64,000 nt of DNA from a virus (lineage: Duplodnaviria > Caudoviricetes): positions 24,865 through 88,864 of IMG/VR virus record IMGVR_UViG_2765235998_000001; one strand, given 5' to 3'. Shown here in pieces: positions 9,204 through 18,197 of this stretch (positions are counted from its first letter, which is position 1; every line of letters starts with the position of its first letter). The notes beneath the pieces were generated by a model that saw only the letters and a program-made list of their open reading frames with translations, made no database searches and was not told the DNA's origin. The translations under genes were made by a program, and so were the position numbers.

Positions 9204-9769
9204 GCGTGATGGCCTTGATGCCGACCGACGCCGAGCTGGACGTGCGTGTGGAGCAGGAGGAGGACCTGGCGGGCGGGCTCGCGGCCGCGGTCCTGTCGGA
9301 GGACGGCGAGTACCGGTACCTGCTGACCCGGGTGTGGGACCGGAAGCGCAAGCCGATGGTCGTCGTGATGCTCAACCCGTCCACGGCGGACGCCTTCGTG
9401 GACGATCCGACGATACGGCGCCTGGCCGGCCCGAACGGGTTCGCGCGGCGGCACCGTGCGGGCGGAATCGTCGTGGTCAATCTGTTCGCCGTCCGCTCTA
9501 CGGACCCGCGCGCCCTGCTCCACCACGAGGATCCGGTCGGCCGGTACAACGACGCGTTCATCCGCCAGGCCACCGACATGGCCGGCACGGTGGTGTGCGC
9601 GTGGGGCGCCGCCGGAGTCCAAGACGGGCGCGGCCCGCAGGTCGTGAAGGCGCTCAAGGCCCGCAGGGTGCCGCTGGCGTGCCTGGGGATGACGTCCACC
9701 GGGCAGCCCCGGCATCCGCTGTATCTGCCGGGTGCTGCGGCCCTCGAGCCGTACGGGCTGGCGTCGTGA
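9200..9769 (+). CDS. DUF1643-family protein
   Basis: YRYLLTRVW, MLNPSTADA..DDPTIRR, VNLFA.RSTDP, CAWG, PRHPLY. Confidence 0.85.
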   Translation: MSVMALMPTDAELDVRVEQEEDLAGGLAAAVLSEDGEYRYLLTRVWDRKRKPMVVVMLNPSTADAFVDDPTIRRLAGPNGFARRHRAGGIVVVNLFAVRSTDPRALLHHEDPVGRYNDAFIRQATDMAGTVVCAWGAAGVQDGRGPQVVKALKARRVPLACLGMTSTGQPRHPLYLPGAAALEPYGLAS

Positions 9770-10101
9770 CCGCCCCGGTTCAGGTGGGCCCGTCGCCGCA
9801 GGGTGGCGGGCCCGATCCGTCTCCGGCTCTGAACCTCTTCCCGCAGCACCTCGAGCTGCTACGTCTCTCTGCCAATGGCCGCAGCACCCCAGAGATTGCT
9901 GAGGCGTTGTTCCTGTCCCGGCACACGGTCAACGACTACTGGCGGGAGATCTACCGCCGGTTGGGGGCGAAGAACCGGGAGAACGCGGTGGCCATCGCTC
10001 TGGTGCGGGGTCTAGTGAGGCCGGATGAGGTGGAGTTGCGGGCGCCGCGCCGCCGTTACGAGTCGCCGAAGGCTGGGCTGACGCCTCGCCGAACGCCCTG
10101 A
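9766..10101 (+). CDS. Stand-alone LuxR-type HTH protein
   Basis: GRSTPEIAEALFLSRHTVNDYWREIYRRLGAKNRENAV. Confidence 0.8.
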   Translation: MTAPVQVGPSPQGGGPDPSPALNLFPQHLELLRLSANGRSTPEIAEALFLSRHTVNDYWREIYRRLGAKNRENAVAIALVRGLVRPDEVELRAPRRRYESPKAGLTPRRTP

Positions 10102-10108
10102 GGTGCCA

Positions 10109-10129
10109 CGTTTTCGCAGGTCGCACCCG
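10109..10129 (-). repeat. Dispersed 21-bp motif CGGGYGCGACCTGCGRAAACG, copy 1
   Basis: Other copies at 24229-24249 (-) and 39423-39443 (+). Confidence 0.75.
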
Positions 10130-10173
10130 TACGAGCCGGTAACCCCAGTCATGTCACGCCCCGGGAGGGCGCC

Positions 10174-10431
10174 ATGCCTCGCATTCCACCCCTGGTCGCC
10201 GACGCCCTCCTGGCCGGCGCCATAGCCCTGACCATCGCCGTCGTGTGGATCTACACGGTCGGCCCGATCAGTCCGGCCGCGGTCGTTATCTGCGCGGGCG
10301 CGGCCGTCATCGCCTCCCTCGCCGTGGAAGCCGCCGTCCGGGAGATACGCCGCCGCAGGAGGGCCCCGATCATCCGCCGCTGGACCACCACCCGCCACCG
10401 CAAACCCCGACTCCCTGGAGGAGCACCGTGA
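10174..10431 (+). CDS. Small two-TM membrane protein
   Basis: Two hydrophobic helices, basic tail; GGAGGG RBS. Confidence 0.6.
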   Translation: MPRIPPLVADALLAGAIALTIAVVWIYTVGPISPAAVVICAGAAVIASLAVEAAVREIRRRRRAPIIRRWTTTRHRKPRLPGGAP

Positions 10432-11153
10432 AGCACCGAACCGAAACGACACCGCCACGCCTGACCGCGGACCAGCTCCGCCAGTTGATCGCCGCCGAAA
10501 AGGCGGGCGTCAGGCCGCCGTGCTTTCTGTGCGGGGAGCCCGTCCTGGACCAGAAGTTCCTGCTCGGCACCGAGGACGAGAACGACCGGCTGCTCGTCAA
10601 CTCGCCGTGCTTGCACGCCATGGCCTACGGGGCGGAGCTCGCCGTGCAGGTCGAGGCCCAGATGCGGATGGAGGCAGCAACCGAAGCGACCGAGCCCGTG
10701 GATACGTGCCGGCCGGTCGTGGTCGACGGGGAGACGATCCGCGTCCGCGGTACCGGCGAACTGTCCCCCGAGGGGCAGGAGGCGTTGGCTGCGCTGGTGC
10801 GCGTCGCGAAGACCACGTTCGAGGCGGAGGCCCCGGAGATGGTCGGGGAGTTGCAGAACCGACTGCGCCTGGCGCACCAGGCCCGCCGGGCGAAGGCGCA
10901 CCAGCTGGACGAGATCCGCCGGGCTCTGTGTGATGCGGGGTTCATGGAGGACGACGACCCGTACAGCCACGCCGATTTGGCGGATGTGGTCCGGCAGGCG
11001 GGCGAGTTGGTGGGGCCGTTGCTGGCGGAGGTGAAGGCGGCCCGCAAGTTCGCGGCGGAGATGCGGGACTTCTGTTCCCCGCACGGCGTGTCCGTCGACT
11101 ATGCGGACCAGCTCGAGGCCGCCATGGACCGGGCGAAGAGGAGGGCGGCGTGA
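10428..11153 (+). CDS. Hypothetical mosaic phage protein
   Basis: GGAGGAG RBS; GTGA coupling. Confidence 0.65.
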   Translation: MKHRTETTPPRLTADQLRQLIAAEKAGVRPPCFLCGEPVLDQKFLLGTEDENDRLLVNSPCLHAMAYGAELAVQVEAQMRMEAATEATEPVDTCRPVVVDGETIRVRGTGELSPEGQEALAALVRVAKTTFEAEAPEMVGELQNRLRLAHQARRAKAHQLDEIRRALCDAGFMEDDDPYSHADLADVVRQAGELVGPLLAEVKAARKFAAEMRDFCSPHGVSVDYADQLEAAMDRAKRRAA

Positions 11154-11578
11154 GCGAGACGGGCGAGCTGGACAAGACGCGCCGCTACCTGCGCCCCGTA
11201 CGCGCCACGATCATCTCCGATGACCCGGCTGGCGTGCATCTGGCCGTGTACTCGTGGCTGGAGATGTTCGACGCATGGGTGACCGGCCCGGGGATCTGCG
11301 GGGAGTCGATGCAGCAGGGCCCCCTCCCCGAAGGTACGGCGGTGACGTGCGCGTCGTGTCTGGCGTATCAGCCGAAGTACGAGCGGTATCTGGCGCCCGG
11401 CTACCGGCCCGGGGACGACGACCCCGAGGTGCTGCGGGCCAAGCTCGAGCGGATCCGTGCCGAGGTGCGCATGCTGTGCGACTGCTGCGGGGACAACCGG
11501 GAGCGCATGGGCCGCATCCGGGCCGAGCTGGGCCTGAGTACGGAGGGCTACGTCCGTGAGGCCGGTGAGGGCGAGTGA
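11150..11578 (+). CDS. Hypothetical protein (Cys motifs)
   Basis: Coupled ORF. Confidence 0.6.
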   Translation: MSETGELDKTRRYLRPVRATIISDDPAGVHLAVYSWLEMFDAWVTGPGICGESMQQGPLPEGTAVTCASCLAYQPKYERYLAPGYRPGDDDPEVLRAKLERIRAEVRMLCDCCGDNRERMGRIRAELGLSTEGYVREAGEGE

Positions 11579-11973
11579 GCGTGTGGGGCACGATCTTCGA
11601 CCTCGAGGACAATCCGCCGTACCGGTACGAGGGCTCGCACGTTCTGCCGTCCGTGGACGGACCGCGAGATCCCGGCTGCCCCGTGCAGCTGGCGGAAGTC
11701 CCGTCACACATCACCCGGGACGGGCGTGACGACCAGCCTGAGGATGGGGCGCCGTGGCCGTGGCTGCGGGCCTCTCTGGGCCGGGAGGACGCCGTGCTGG
11801 ACCGGTCGCAGGTTCAGGGCCTGTGGGAGGCCATGGGCGCCTGGCTCGAGCAGACCAAGCCCCCACCACCCCCGGCCCGGCATGTCGGTGGCGGGGCGAA
11901 CGCGGAGGACTGCCCGGGCTGCAAGGGCACCAACCCGCCGTACCCGTTCATCTGCCCCGGGGAGGACCGGTGA
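11575..11973 (+). CDS. Hypothetical protein with C-terminal NAEDCPGC..PYPFIC module
   Basis: Coupled ORF. Confidence 0.6.
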   Translation: MSVWGTIFDLEDNPPYRYEGSHVLPSVDGPRDPGCPVQLAEVPSHITRDGRDDQPEDGAPWPWLRASLGREDAVLDRSQVQGLWEAMGAWLEQTKPPPPPARHVGGGANAEDCPGCKGTNPPYPFICPGEDR

Positions 11974-12617
11974 GCGGGCCGGGGCGGGCGCCGGTGGAGT
12001 GGGCGGACAGGGAGCGCCGCAACGCCAGGAAGGGGGTACGGCGGAAGGTCCTGGCCTGGGCCGGCCTGAACCCTGCGGCGAAGCGCGCGGACGACCTGAT
12101 GGTCCGGGCGCGGCATGGTGCGGTGGGCGAGGAGTGGACTGCCGCGCTGCTCGCGCAACTCCCGGCGGGCTGGACGGTGTTCCACGGACGGAAGCTGTCC
12201 GGCTTCAGCAACGACTACGACCACGTCCTCATCTCCCCCTGCGGGACCGCGGTGGTGACGCTGGATTCGAAGCGCTGGCATGCCGGCCTCGAGACGGTAC
12301 TGGTGCGGGGCCGGGTGTGTTGCGGTCGGGAGGACCGGCATAAGCAGGTCACGGCGGTGGCCCGGTATGCGGGCCGGTTGGAGCGGGCGTTGAATCTGCC
12401 GGGGGTTCAGGTGTTGCCGCTGCTGGTGGTTCACGGGTCGCGGGTGCGGGGCGGTTTCCTGTCGGCGCGTGTGCCCGGCTGGGAGGGTGTGGTGCATGTG
12501 CTGGGCCCGGAGTATCTGGTGCCGACGCTGGTCGCGGCTCCGCGGGGGGTGCATGTGGGGCGTGCTGCTGCGCTGGTCGCGCATGTGGACCGGGTTCTTC
12601 CGGCCGGGCCGGGGTGA
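11970..12617 (+). CDS. NERD-domain nuclease-related protein
   Basis: GAVGEEWTA..L..GWTVFH..DYDHVLISP..VVTLDSKRW. Confidence 0.8.
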   Translation: MSGPGRAPVEWADRERRNARKGVRRKVLAWAGLNPAAKRADDLMVRARHGAVGEEWTAALLAQLPAGWTVFHGRKLSGFSNDYDHVLISPCGTAVVTLDSKRWHAGLETVLVRGRVCCGREDRHKQVTAVARYAGRLERALNLPGVQVLPLLVVHGSRVRGGFLSARVPGWEGVVHVLGPEYLVPTLVAAPRGVHVGRAAALVAHVDRVLPAGPG

Positions 12618-12890
12618 GGCGTACGGTGGGCGGGCGTTACCGCCTGGGGGGCACCCGTTGTGCGGGCCGTCAGTCTTCGGACTGGCGGCCCGCTTTCGTG
12701 CGTTCCGGGCCCGGGCGCAGTGATGCCCCGGTCTCGACGGGGGTTTGCGAGGCCGGGGCGTACGGCAAGTGTGGCATGCGGGACTGACAGTGGGCTGTGA
12801 TGCGGGGCCGACCGGTCCTCCGCCGACAGAGGACCGGCCACCATGCCCGGCACGCCTACCCCGTCTTGCCGTTCTGGCACGCGGAGTTGG

Positions 12891-12943
12891 GCGTGGGGTC
12901 TGGGGTGCGCCGCTTCCCCTCGGGCACACTCCAGGCCCCACGC
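12891..12943. terminator. Long hairpin between convergent transcription units
   Basis: gcgtggggtctggggtg / cactccaggccccacgc, 11 nt beyond the peptide gene stop. Confidence 0.7.
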
Positions 12944-12954
12944 ATTTACCGTGG

Positions 12955-13242
12955 CTATCCCCAGGTGGTGTCGAGGGGTGTGAGCAGGTTGCCGACGGTG
13001 TCGGTGACGGGCTGCACGATGGGGGTGGTGTCGATGGGCGGGGTTCCCCAGGTGGTGTCGTTCGCGGTGTCGGGGGCACCCCACGTGGTGTCCGGGGGTC
13101 CGGTGATCAGGTCGGCGGCCAGGGCCGTTCCGGTGGCGGCTGCGGCGGCGAGGCTGAGGCCAGCGGCGATACGGCGCAGGCGGCTCAGGCGGCGTAGTGG
13201 GGCGGTGGCGGGTCGGGTGGCTCGGTGTCGTCCTTGGCTCAC
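12955..13242 (-). CDS. Secreted pre-propeptide with three DTTWG repeats (candidate signalling peptide precursor)
   Basis: GGAGG RBS; basic N-region, hydrophobic core and ALA cleavage site; DTTWG x3, the last ending at the stop codon. Confidence 0.8.
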   Translation of the reverse strand: MSQGRHRATRPATAPLRRLSRLRRIAAGLSLAAAAATGTALAADLITGPPDTTWGAPDTANDTTWGTPPIDTTPIVQPVTDTVGNLLTPLDTTWG

Positions 13243-13520
13243 GGGTGTCCTCCGGTGGTTGGTTGTCGTGAAAAAGATAGTGGGGCGTCTGGCCCGGTTC
13301 TCGTGCTCCCGTCCGCCTGCTGCGATCCCTCAACTGCGGTCCCGTTTCCTGGCAGTGGACGGGTGCAGTGCGAGAGAAGGAGGGGGGAGTACGAGCGTCG
13401 GGGGACGCCCCATGAGGATGCTGCCGTAGGCTGATTTCACTCTCAACGGTTATCGGATGCTTGTTTGTGCATTGCTTCTTCGTGCAGTGCGCCGCCTTGT
13501 TTTGACGGGGGATCATAGCG

Positions 13521-14612
13521 TTGGCCATGGATTGCACAGGCGGTGACAGACCTGTTCTGTCGCAGGGCGCGGTGGACGCATTCGCGCTGATCGCAGCGGG
13601 TTTGCCGGTCCCGGAGGGGGATCAGGATTGCGTCAACGAATTGATCACCTGGGGATACGTGGTGATCGATTCCGAGCACGGAAACAGACCAGTGGCACTC
13701 GACCCGGACGACGTCTCCCGCCGGCTCCTCGAACAGGAACTGCGTGAAGCGAACCGGCGCGTCCAGAAGATGACGGTTCTTCCGTCGATCACGCAGCAAT
13801 TGGCGGGCCCTTTCCAGCGGGCCAAGTTGCGTGCGGGCGGGGGATCCGAGTACATCGCGGACGCGGCCGTGGTCAATGCCCGCCTGGACGATGTGGTGGG
13901 CTCGGCGGAGTGGGAGATCCTCGCCGCGCAACCGGGCGGGCCGCGTACGGAGGTTCAGCTGAACCGTTCCGTCGAACGCGACACCGCCGCCTTGGAGCGG
14001 GGGGTCGCGAAGCGGACGCTGTACCGGGCGACGGTCCGCGACAATGCGATCACCTGCCAGTACGCGCGCACCATGACCACCCGCCCGACGGGCAAGTCGG
14101 CTGAGTTCCGTACGCTGGTCGGCCCGTTCGAGCGGGCCATCATCGTCGACCGGCGGGTGGCGTTCATCTCCAACCACCTGGTGGCCGGCGCCCCCGAGCA
14201 TGCGGCCTGGCAGGTCACCGACCCCGGTGTGATCGCCTACATGGTCGCGGAGTTCGACGCGAAGTGGCGGCGCGCGGACCCGTGGCACGGGGAACTCGCC
14301 CGCCGCGGCCGGGAGGAAGTCGACACGGTGTCCGGGCCGGCCGCGGTCCGCACCACGCCACGCCAGCGGGAGATCCTGCGGGACATTGTGGTGGGGCGTG
14401 CTCAGCAGGCGACGGCGCAGCGGTTGGGGATTTCGTTGCGGACGCTGGGTGTGGAGATCGCGGAGTTGAAGTCGTTGTTCGACGCGGAGAGTCTGCCGGA
14501 GCTGGCATTCCGGTGGGCGTTGTCTCCGGACCGGCTGGTCGACGACACCGACCACACCACCGACGTGGGCGGGGCGGGGGCAGAGGGCGAGGGCGAGGAA
14601 GCGGCGGCCTGA
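13521..14612 (+). CDS. TrmB/PLD-like ligand-domain plus LuxR-type HTH transcriptional regulator
   Basis: AEWEILAAQPGG..RGVAKRTLY..FERAIIVDRRVAFI; C-terminal TPRQREILRDIVVG..ATAQRLGISLRTL..IAELK. Confidence 0.8.
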   Translation: MAMDCTGGDRPVLSQGAVDAFALIAAGLPVPEGDQDCVNELITWGYVVIDSEHGNRPVALDPDDVSRRLLEQELREANRRVQKMTVLPSITQQLAGPFQRAKLRAGGGSEYIADAAVVNARLDDVVGSAEWEILAAQPGGPRTEVQLNRSVERDTAALERGVAKRTLYRATVRDNAITCQYARTMTTRPTGKSAEFRTLVGPFERAIIVDRRVAFISNHLVAGAPEHAAWQVTDPGVIAYMVAEFDAKWRRADPWHGELARRGREEVDTVSGPAAVRTTPRQREILRDIVVGRAQQATAQRLGISLRTLGVEIAELKSLFDAESLPELAFRWALSPDRLVDDTDHTTDVGGAGAEGEGEEAAA

Positions 14613-14650
14613 GAGGCCTGGTGGCCGCCAGGCGGGCGTGTAGGCAGGTT

Positions 14651-15118
14651 CTACTGCCCGTTGCCGAACGTGCCGCCCGGCCCGCTGGTGCCGTGGGCCT
14701 GCTGGGCGCGAGCCGACTCCACCGCCGCATCCAGCAGCACCCCCAGCGTGTCCTCCAGCAAGCCCGTGAACCCTGCCTTCAGCGGCTGGTGGAACAGCGC
14801 CTCGAGTTGGTCCCGGTCGCGGGTGGCCTGCGCGCCGAGGAAGCGCATGGCGAGGCTGATGTGCGGGGGCAGGTCGTCCAGGTCGGTGCCCGCGTACGGG
14901 TCGAAGATGGCGAGGCCGTAGCGGGGGCCGCCGGGCGGCTGGTAGCGGATGGGCCAGATCGCGGTTTCGGCGAGGGACTGCCACAGCCGGTAGGTGCGGT
15001 CGGGTCCTTTGCGGGTGATGGCGGTGAGCTCGGCGGCCGCGGCCTGCGGGCGGTCGTGCAGGGCGTGGTGTATCGCTGCCCGCAGGTGGCGGTCGTCGTC
15101 AACGAAGTGCTGTGCCAT
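14651..15118 (-). CDS. Hypothetical protein
   Basis: 155 aa; last gene of leftward operon. Confidence 0.6.
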   Translation of the reverse strand: MAQHFVDDDRHLRAAIHHALHDRPQAAAAELTAITRKGPDRTYRLWQSLAETAIWPIRYQPPGGPRYGLAIFDPYAGTDLDDLPPHISLAMRFLGAQATRDRDQLEALFHQPLKAGFTGLLEDTLGVLLDAAVESARAQQAHGTSGPGGTFGNGQ

Positions 15119-15584
15119 GCGGGTCAGTCTGCCGGGCGTAGGGGCGGCGGCGCAGGCCTCCGCGGGGTCCGAAGTCGATGATCTCGCACGGCTGGTCGGC
15201 GTCCGGGTTGTCGTAGAGCAGGATGCATGAGCCGTCCTTGCTGCCGTAGAACTGGGCGTCCGGTCGGTCGGGCTGGTAGATGTGCCGGGCCAGGCACTGG
15301 TTGCCGGTGGTGAAGTCGACCTTGTCGGGGCAGAGGCGTTGCCGCATGGAGCGGAAGGCGTCGGCTTGGGAGGGCCACCATTCCATCCAGCGGCGTTCGT
15401 TCCACTCGTCTTCGTTCTTCACCGCGTTCCAGATCCCGTACAGGATCTTTCCGCGGCCGGGCTGGAAGCTCTCCATGATGCTCAACGTGTTCTCCGTGGG
15501 GATGGGGATGGTCTGCTGCCCGGCGAGCGGCTCCGGGGCGGGCTGTGAGAGACGCTGCTCCACGGCCTTGAGGCTCAGCGTCAC
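15099..15584 (-). CDS. Hypothetical protein
   Basis: 161 aa; GGAGGG RBS. Confidence 0.65.
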   Translation of the reverse strand: MTLSLKAVEQRLSQPAPEPLAGQQTIPIPTENTLSIMESFQPGRGKILYGIWNAVKNEDEWNERRWMEWWPSQADAFRSMRQRLCPDKVDFTTGNQCLARHIYQPDRPDAQFYGSKDGSCILLYDNPDADQPCEIIDFGPRGGLRRRPYARQTDPHGTALR

Positions 15585-16381
15585 ATGCCCTCCAGGGGCA
15601 GTTCCGCCTGGACGTCAGTGTTCCCGGCCGCCTGCCACTTTTCCCGGTAGCGGCGCGCATCGTAGGAGCACTCCTGGCGGGCGTGGAATATCGCCGAGTC
15701 GTCGCCGAGGTCGGGCCGCCACAGGTTCGGGCCCGGGAAGCGGGCGGCCTGCATGCGGGCGGTTATGGCCTCTCCGCAGGACAGGCAGTGCCCGGCCGGA
15801 ATCGCCATCAGTTCCTCGGTCAGGACCATCTGGGCGCGGACCTTGTCCTCGGTCAGTTCGTGGGAGCAGGGCGGGAGTTCGCCGCAGGCCTTGCAGACGG
15901 CGTAGTGCTCGGGCAGCACGTCCCATCGGAAGGAAGCGCGGCCGCGCAGGTGTACGGGCTTGGCCTGGGGCTTGCCGTCGGGGCGCAGGACGACGCTGAC
16001 GGGCCGGTCTCGCCATGTCTCTTGGGTGGGCCGGTCGTCGCGGCGGCGGGGGTCCAGGGGGTGGGCGTCCAGGTGGAGGCTTTGCCAGCGGTCCAGTTCG
16101 TCGGCGAAGGCCTGGTGCCACTTCTCGCCCCACAGGTCCGGGGGAATCTCGCGGACCTCTACCACCCGGTATGGAGAGCGCTGGAAGACGACCAGGGTGT
16201 CCGGCTCGAGGGTGACGATCTGTTCGTCCCGCGTGCGGTCGGCGATGCGGTCGTCGCGGCGCCGCTGCGCGCTGGAGGATTGCCCGTACCGGGAGGGTCC
16301 GAGGCGGGGGAAGGTGACCGCGAAGCCGGTCTTGGTCGGGGTGCGCGGGCTCCAGTACTCCCGCCCGTTGATGGTGACCAT
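15581..16381 (-). CDS. Hypothetical protein with Zn-binding motifs (CKAC, CLSC, H..EC)
   Basis: 266 aa. Confidence 0.7.
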   Translation of the reverse strand: MVTINGREYWSPRTPTKTGFAVTFPRLGPSRYGQSSSAQRRRDDRIADRTRDEQIVTLEPDTLVVFQRSPYRVVEVREIPPDLWGEKWHQAFADELDRWQSLHLDAHPLDPRRRDDRPTQETWRDRPVSVVLRPDGKPQAKPVHLRGRASFRWDVLPEHYAVCKACGELPPCSHELTEDKVRAQMVLTEELMAIPAGHCLSCGEAITARMQAARFPGPNLWRPDLGDDSAIFHARQECSYDARRYREKWQAAGNTDVQAELPLEGM

Positions 16382-16383
16382 GG

Positions 16384-16821
16384 TCAGTCTTCCTTCGTGG
16401 CGGGGATGACGGTGAACTGGCCAGCGTCTTCGCGGATGGTGTCGCCGAACAGGGCCGGGATCCGCTTATCGCCGACGATGACGGTCAGGCCGATCGTCTC
16501 GAGGCGGCCGTTGACGGTGCCGGTGCGCATCTTGGACGGCTCGCACCACTCGAAGATGCTGGTCAGGTTCTCCGGGGTGAGGACGCGCTCGTCGGGCGCG
16601 TAGTCGATGTGGGGCATGCCGGCCATGACCATGGCACCGCAGTACGAGCAGTGGAACTGGCCGATCGGGGCGCCGACCAGCTGCTGCGGCTCCCACGGCC
16701 AGGGACAGCGCTCGCCCATCTCGTTGAGGGGGGCGCTGATGTGGAGGTCGCGGGTGAGGTCGATCTCCTTGGCGTCCTTCGGGTCGATGTCGGTCCAGGC
16801 CTGAACGAGCTTCGCGGTCAC
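16384..16821 (-). CDS. Hypothetical protein (ERCPWPW..HCSYCG module)
   Basis: AAGGAG RBS; GTGA coupling. Confidence 0.65.
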   Translation of the reverse strand: MTAKLVQAWTDIDPKDAKEIDLTRDLHISAPLNEMGERCPWPWEPQQLVGAPIGQFHCSYCGAMVMAGMPHIDYAPDERVLTPENLTSIFEWCEPSKMRTGTVNGRLETIGLTVIVGDKRIPALFGDTIREDAGQFTVIPATKED

Positions 16822-17498
16822 GTGGTGGGCTCCTTGTTCTCGAGGGCGTTGCGTACGGTCTCCATGGCGGCATCCCAGCCGTTCTCCCACTCCCCGGGAA
16901 TAGCCGTGTCGCTGGGGGGTCCGGCCTCGGCGGCGTCCAGGACGCGCTTCTTGGCTTCGGTGAAGGTGCCGGAGGCGATCTCGATGGCGTGCACGGCGAG
17001 GTTCCGGACACCGCGCAGGATCTTGATGTGCTCGGCGACCTCCTCCATCGTGAGGGGGCGTTCGAGGGCGTCCCAGATCCGCATCTCCGCAACGTCTGCC
17101 ATGTCGGCGGGGACCGCGGTGTCCTTGCGGGCGCGTTCGGCTTCCTTCTGCCAGGCGGCGGCGAGCTTCTGCATTGCGGCCAGGCGCGGTTCGGCCTCGG
17201 CGAGTTTAGCGGCGCGGGCCTGCTCAAGCTCGCGGGTCAGTCGCTTGACTTCGGCCTCGGCCGCCTCGGTCTGTTGCTCCAGGTGGGCCAGGCGGGCACG
17301 TCCGGACTTGGTGCAGGCCTTGAGCGCGAAGTGTTCGGCTTCTTCGGCCCAATCGATCAGGTTGGGCCAGGTCAGGGTGGGGCTGGCTTTGAGGACGCGG
17401 GCGAGTTCGTCGTGCCAGTGCGCCAGGTGCTCCTCCGGCATCCGAGCGGGCTGGTCGGTCACGAGGTGCTGGGAGCAGGTCGGCGGCTGGTCGGTCAC
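16818..17498 (-). CDS. Hypothetical coiled-coil protein
   Basis: GGAGG RBS. Confidence 0.6.
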   Translation of the reverse strand: MTDQPPTCSQHLVTDQPARMPEEHLAHWHDELARVLKASPTLTWPNLIDWAEEAEHFALKACTKSGRARLAHLEQQTEAAEAEVKRLTRELEQARAAKLAEAEPRLAAMQKLAAAWQKEAERARKDTAVPADMADVAEMRIWDALERPLTMEEVAEHIKILRGVRNLAVHAIEIASGTFTEAKKRVLDAAEAGPPSDTAIPGEWENGWDAAMETVRNALENKEPTT

Positions 17499-17500
17499 TG

Positions 17501-17935
17501 CTACCTCCCGAAGATCGAGTCGTATATGGATTCGACGCGTTCGCGTATCCGCCGGTCTTCGACATGGTCCGGGGCGACGCATTCGTCTCGGCCGCAGCCG
17601 GCTCTCACGCGCCCTTCGGGGTCTCTGCCGTGCCGGATGAGGAAAGCGATGCGGTAGGCGGACCAGGCTCGCTTTTGGTAGCGGAAGACGGGGCAGCCAT
17701 TGCTGTTGCGGTGTCCCTTCCAGAGGGCATGGCCGTCGGGGGCGAGGGTGACGCGCTGCCAGAACATGTCTTCGGGGCTTGCTGCGGGTTTCCTGCCGCC
17801 GACTCCCGTGTTTGGGATGTGGAGGGCTTTTCGGGCGGCGGCGACGTGGCGGCGGTGGATGTCGAGTTGTTGGGCTATGTGGGTGTTCGAGTGTCCGTTG
17901 TGGAGGAGGTGGGCGATGTCGGAGCGGACTTTCAC
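17501..17935 (-). CDS. HTH plus HNH-like (His-Cys box) endonuclease-related protein
   Basis: N-terminal HTH; FWQRV..WKG..G..AYRIAF..CGRDECVAPDHV. Confidence 0.7.
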   Translation of the reverse strand: MKVRSDIAHLLHNGHSNTHIAQQLDIHRRHVAAARKALHIPNTGVGGRKPAASPEDMFWQRVTLAPDGHALWKGHRNSNGCPVFRYQKRAWSAYRIAFLIRHGRDPEGRVRAGCGRDECVAPDHVEDRRIRERVESIYDSIFGR

Positions 17936-17954
17936 GGGATTGGGTCTCCTTTCG

Positions 17955-18197
17955 TTAGAGGCTTTCCAGGGTCGGGGCGAAGTAGAAGAGCTCGAGGGCG
18001 GTTTGGCCGGGGATGGTGTCGGGGGCGGGTGGCACGGGTGCGGGCTTGAGCCGGGGCATGGCGCGGGCGCGGCGGCGCTGCTTCGGCGGGATCAGGCCGC
18101 GGTCCCGACCGCACTTCTCGCCGAACCCCCGCAGCTGGGACTCCTCGCTGGTCAGGCGCCGGGGGCAGAACCGGCAGCTGGTGCGCCGCTCCGTCAC
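17955..18197 (-). CDS. DUF6011-like Zn-finger protein
   Basis: CRFCPRRLTSEESQLRGFGEKC. Confidence 0.7.
   Translation of the reverse strand: MTERRTSCRFCPRRLTSEESQLRGFGEKCGRDRGLIPPKQRRRARAMPRLKPAPVPPAPDTIPGQTALELFYFAPTLESL

Noticed and set aside
10174-10431. Small TM proteins (10174, 40028, 40332) as holins
   Set aside because: No adjacent endolysin; the lysis cassette probably lies beyond the window.
12955-13242. DTTWG repeats as RiPP cores
   Set aside because: No radical SAM, P450, YcaO, lanthionine synthetase or transporter gene in the window, and the precursor has a secretion signal; kept only as a remote alternative.
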